In this document: in pieces, positions 17,102 to 18,769 of the stretch
How the letters are laid out: each line of letters opens with the position of its first letter
Numbering within the stretch: the first letter of the stretch is position 1
NCBI GenBank assembly: GCA_963766075.1
Contig: CAVYAN010000088.1
Location: forward strand, 1-18,769
Direction of reading: 5' to 3'
Source of the DNA: an uncultured cyanobacterium
GTDB taxonomy: Bacteria > Cyanobacteriota > Cyanobacteriia > Leptolyngbyales > Leptolyngbyaceae
Length of the DNA stretch: 18,769 bases
Translations under genes and position numbers: made by a program
The notes under the pieces: generated by a model
Told to the model about the DNA's origin: nothing
The model's database searches: none
Seen by the model: only the letters and a program-made list of their open reading frames with translations

Positions 17102-17926
17102 TTAACGCCCCAGGAGTTTCACCAAGCCAATGCCGCCAAAATAGAGCAGTAACACCGCGCCGCCCAAAAGGCTTTGAGTCAGGGGATCCGTCGAGGGCGT
17201 CAGTACCGCGCCCAATACGGCGGCCCCCACCAATACAAACCGCCAGCCCGCCAGCATTTGCTTGGAAGTGACGATGCCCAGCAGCCCCAGCAACGCTTGG
17301 ATCACCGGAATTTGAAACGCCAGTCCTGTGCTGAACAGCAGCAGCAGTACAAATTCAAAATACAAGTCGATGGACCACGACTGCTCAACCACATCTGCCC
17401 CGTAGGAAATAAAGAAATTGAGGGCAGCCGGAATCAGTGCGATATAGGCAAACGCCAGCCCGGTAACAAACAAAATGCTTGAGCCGAAAACAATTGGTCC
17501 CAGCAAACGGCGCTCTTTGCGGGTGAGGCCCGGGAGCACAAAGGCAATGATTTGATACAAAATCATGGGACTGGCCACTAAAATCCCACTGTAGGCCGCC
17601 ACTTTAATCGACACAAAGAAAAATTCTCCCGGAGCCAATTGGAGGAACTTGACTCCCTGGGCCGGACGTTCCAGCAGTTGCACAATGGGACGCACCACCG
17701 TGAAGCAGCCCGCAATGCCAATACCGACAGCAATCAGGGCATAAAAAATTCGCTGCCGCAGTTCTTCCAAATGGTCAAACAAGGACATTTCCGCATCGTC
17801 AGGCAGATCGGGTTCGGGGTTGGGCAGCGTGGCGGGGTTGAATGAGGTGATGTCCTGAGCGGTGTCGCGATCGCTGCTCTGACTCAGGTCTGGGGATGCA
17901 GTCTCTAGATCCGAGGGGGCTGTCAT
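17102..17926 (-). CDS. tatC: Twin-arginine translocase subunit TatC
   Basis: [57 protein letters not shown]. Confidence 0.97.
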   Translation of the reverse strand: MTAPSDLETASPDLSQSSDRDTAQDITSFNPATLPNPEPDLPDDAEMSLFDHLEELRQRIFYALIAVGIGIAGCFTVVRPIVQLLERPAQGVKFLQLAPGEFFFVSIKVAAYSGILVASPMILYQIIAFVLPGLTRKERRLLGPIVFGSSILFVTGLAFAYIALIPAALNFFISYGADVVEQSWSIDLYFEFVLLLLFSTGLAFQIPVIQALLGLLGIVTSKQMLAGWRFVLVGAAVLGAVLTPSTDPLTQSLLGGAVLLLYFGGIGLVKLLGR

Positions 17927-17940
17927 GGGTCTGGGGTTCG

Positions 17941-18104
17941 GTCCGTGCTACGGTTTGCTGTCTCTATTGTATGGCACGGACTTGTATGGCACGGACTGTA
18001 TCGCATCACTTCCCGCTGTCTAGACGACGTAGACTCAGCACGGTGGTCTAGCACAGTGGTCCAGAGTGGTCCCGATCGGTAAAGTGGCCCAGATCGGTGG
18101 TCCA
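17941..18104. repeat. Short direct/inverted repeats in tatC-PAS divergent intergenic region
   Basis: TTGTATGGCACGGAC x2 (17967-17996) with inverted partner GTCCGTGC (17941-17948); about five degenerate GTGG(T/C)C(C/T) units at ~18043-18104. Confidence 0.7.
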
Positions 18105-18282
18105 GTTTGTTAGAAAACGAAGGTTCGGTGGAAGTCTAAGAAGGACACGCTTTCCATCTAATTCTCTCGATGTTGCACCTTCTCCCGGCAAAGCCCAGTC
18201 CTCTAGATGCCTGTATTGCTGCTGCTTTGTGGCCAAGGGCAAGGGGGCTGAATGGACCCCAGCTATCCCAGGTCAGTTAAAT

Positions 18283-18769
18283 ATGTCATCCCCTAAGAGC
18301 CCAGTACAGGTGCGCCTGCGAAAAGTGCCAGAGCTGGAAGCCATGCAACACACGCTATCCATCACGATGGAGCGCCACCCTTTGGCGGTGATCCAGTGGA
18401 ACACCGATTTGGTCGTAACGGGGTGGAATGCGGTGGCAGGTCGCACCTTTGGGTTTAGCCCAGCGGAAGCCTTGGGACAACACCTGGCCGATCTGTTGGG
18501 GCCGCAAGGCGATAAAGCCGCCATGGTGTCAATGATGCAGTCATTGCTGCAGGATCCGAACGGCAGTCAAGTCATCTCCGAAAATTGCACCAAGACGGGC
18601 AAAGTCATCACCTGTGAGTGGTTTCATACCCCCCTGTTGAATGCCAAAAACCAGGTGATTGGCGTGCTGTCGATGGCACAGAATATTAGCGATCGCATTC
18701 GCCGAGACGCCAGCCATGAAGCGATTGAAACAGCGCTGAAGCAATCAAAAACCTATCTGGAAGAACGGG
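18283..18769 (+). CDS. PAS/PAC-domain sensor protein, N-terminal part (runs off window)
   Basis: Not in the track because there is no stop. Reads MSSPK...PLAVIQWNTDLVVTGWNAVAGRTFGFSPAEALGQ...ENCTKTGKVITCEWFHTPLLNAKNQVIGVLSMAQNISDR...ETALKQSK. Output domain not visible and start codon uncertain. Confidence 0.88.
   Translation, partial: MSSPKSPVQVRLRKVPELEAMQHTLSITMERHPLAVIQWNTDLVVTGWNAVAGRTFGFSPAEALGQHLADLLGPQGDKAAMVSMMQSLLQDPNGSQVISENCTKTGKVITCEWFHTPLLNAKNQVIGVLSMAQNISDRIRRDASHEAIETALKQSKTYLEER

Larger units (their letters stand above)
397..18696. repeat. Dispersed HIP1 octamers (GCGATCGC)
   Basis: At least 19 copies counted by eye (e.g. 397, 2591, 12453, 15243, 16111, 18689); none seen inside the IS. 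Confidence 0.9.

Noticed and set aside
17102..17926. tatC as a dedicated exporter for the GMC cluster
   Set aside because: No twin-arginine signal is seen on the GMCs from their likely starts, and tatC sits 5 kb away among housekeeping genes.

Overview
Cyanobacterial DNA: I counted at least 19 HIP1 GCGATCGC octamers, and DUF2811, hemJ and tatC genes are present. The left ~12 kb is an accessory region. It holds a small membrane-protein gene split by a 136-bp MITE, a DUF6544-like gene, and an IS5-family (ISL2-like) element with a multiply frameshifted transposase. It also holds a divergent redox/transport cluster. On the - strand this cluster encodes a DM13 exported protein, a glucose-1-dehydrogenase-like SDR, an atypical aquaporin with a Cys/His tail, a membrane-anchored FAD/NAD/[2Fe-2S] reductase, an Fe-S-motif GMC oxidoreductase (frameshifted), a hypothetical protein with an internal TGA and an exported tandem VOC protein. 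A second, intact GMC paralogue lies on the + strand. The right part has a DUF1348 protein, a YfcG-type GST, an Fe-S cryptochrome/(6-4) photolyase, a long repeat-rich intergenic region with DnaA-box-like 9-mers, DUF2811, hemJ, tatC and the start of a PAS sensor missing from the ORF track. The best candidate for an undescribed system is the channel + SDR + two GMC + reductase + DM13 + VOC module. All family calls come from motif recognition; no database searches were run.
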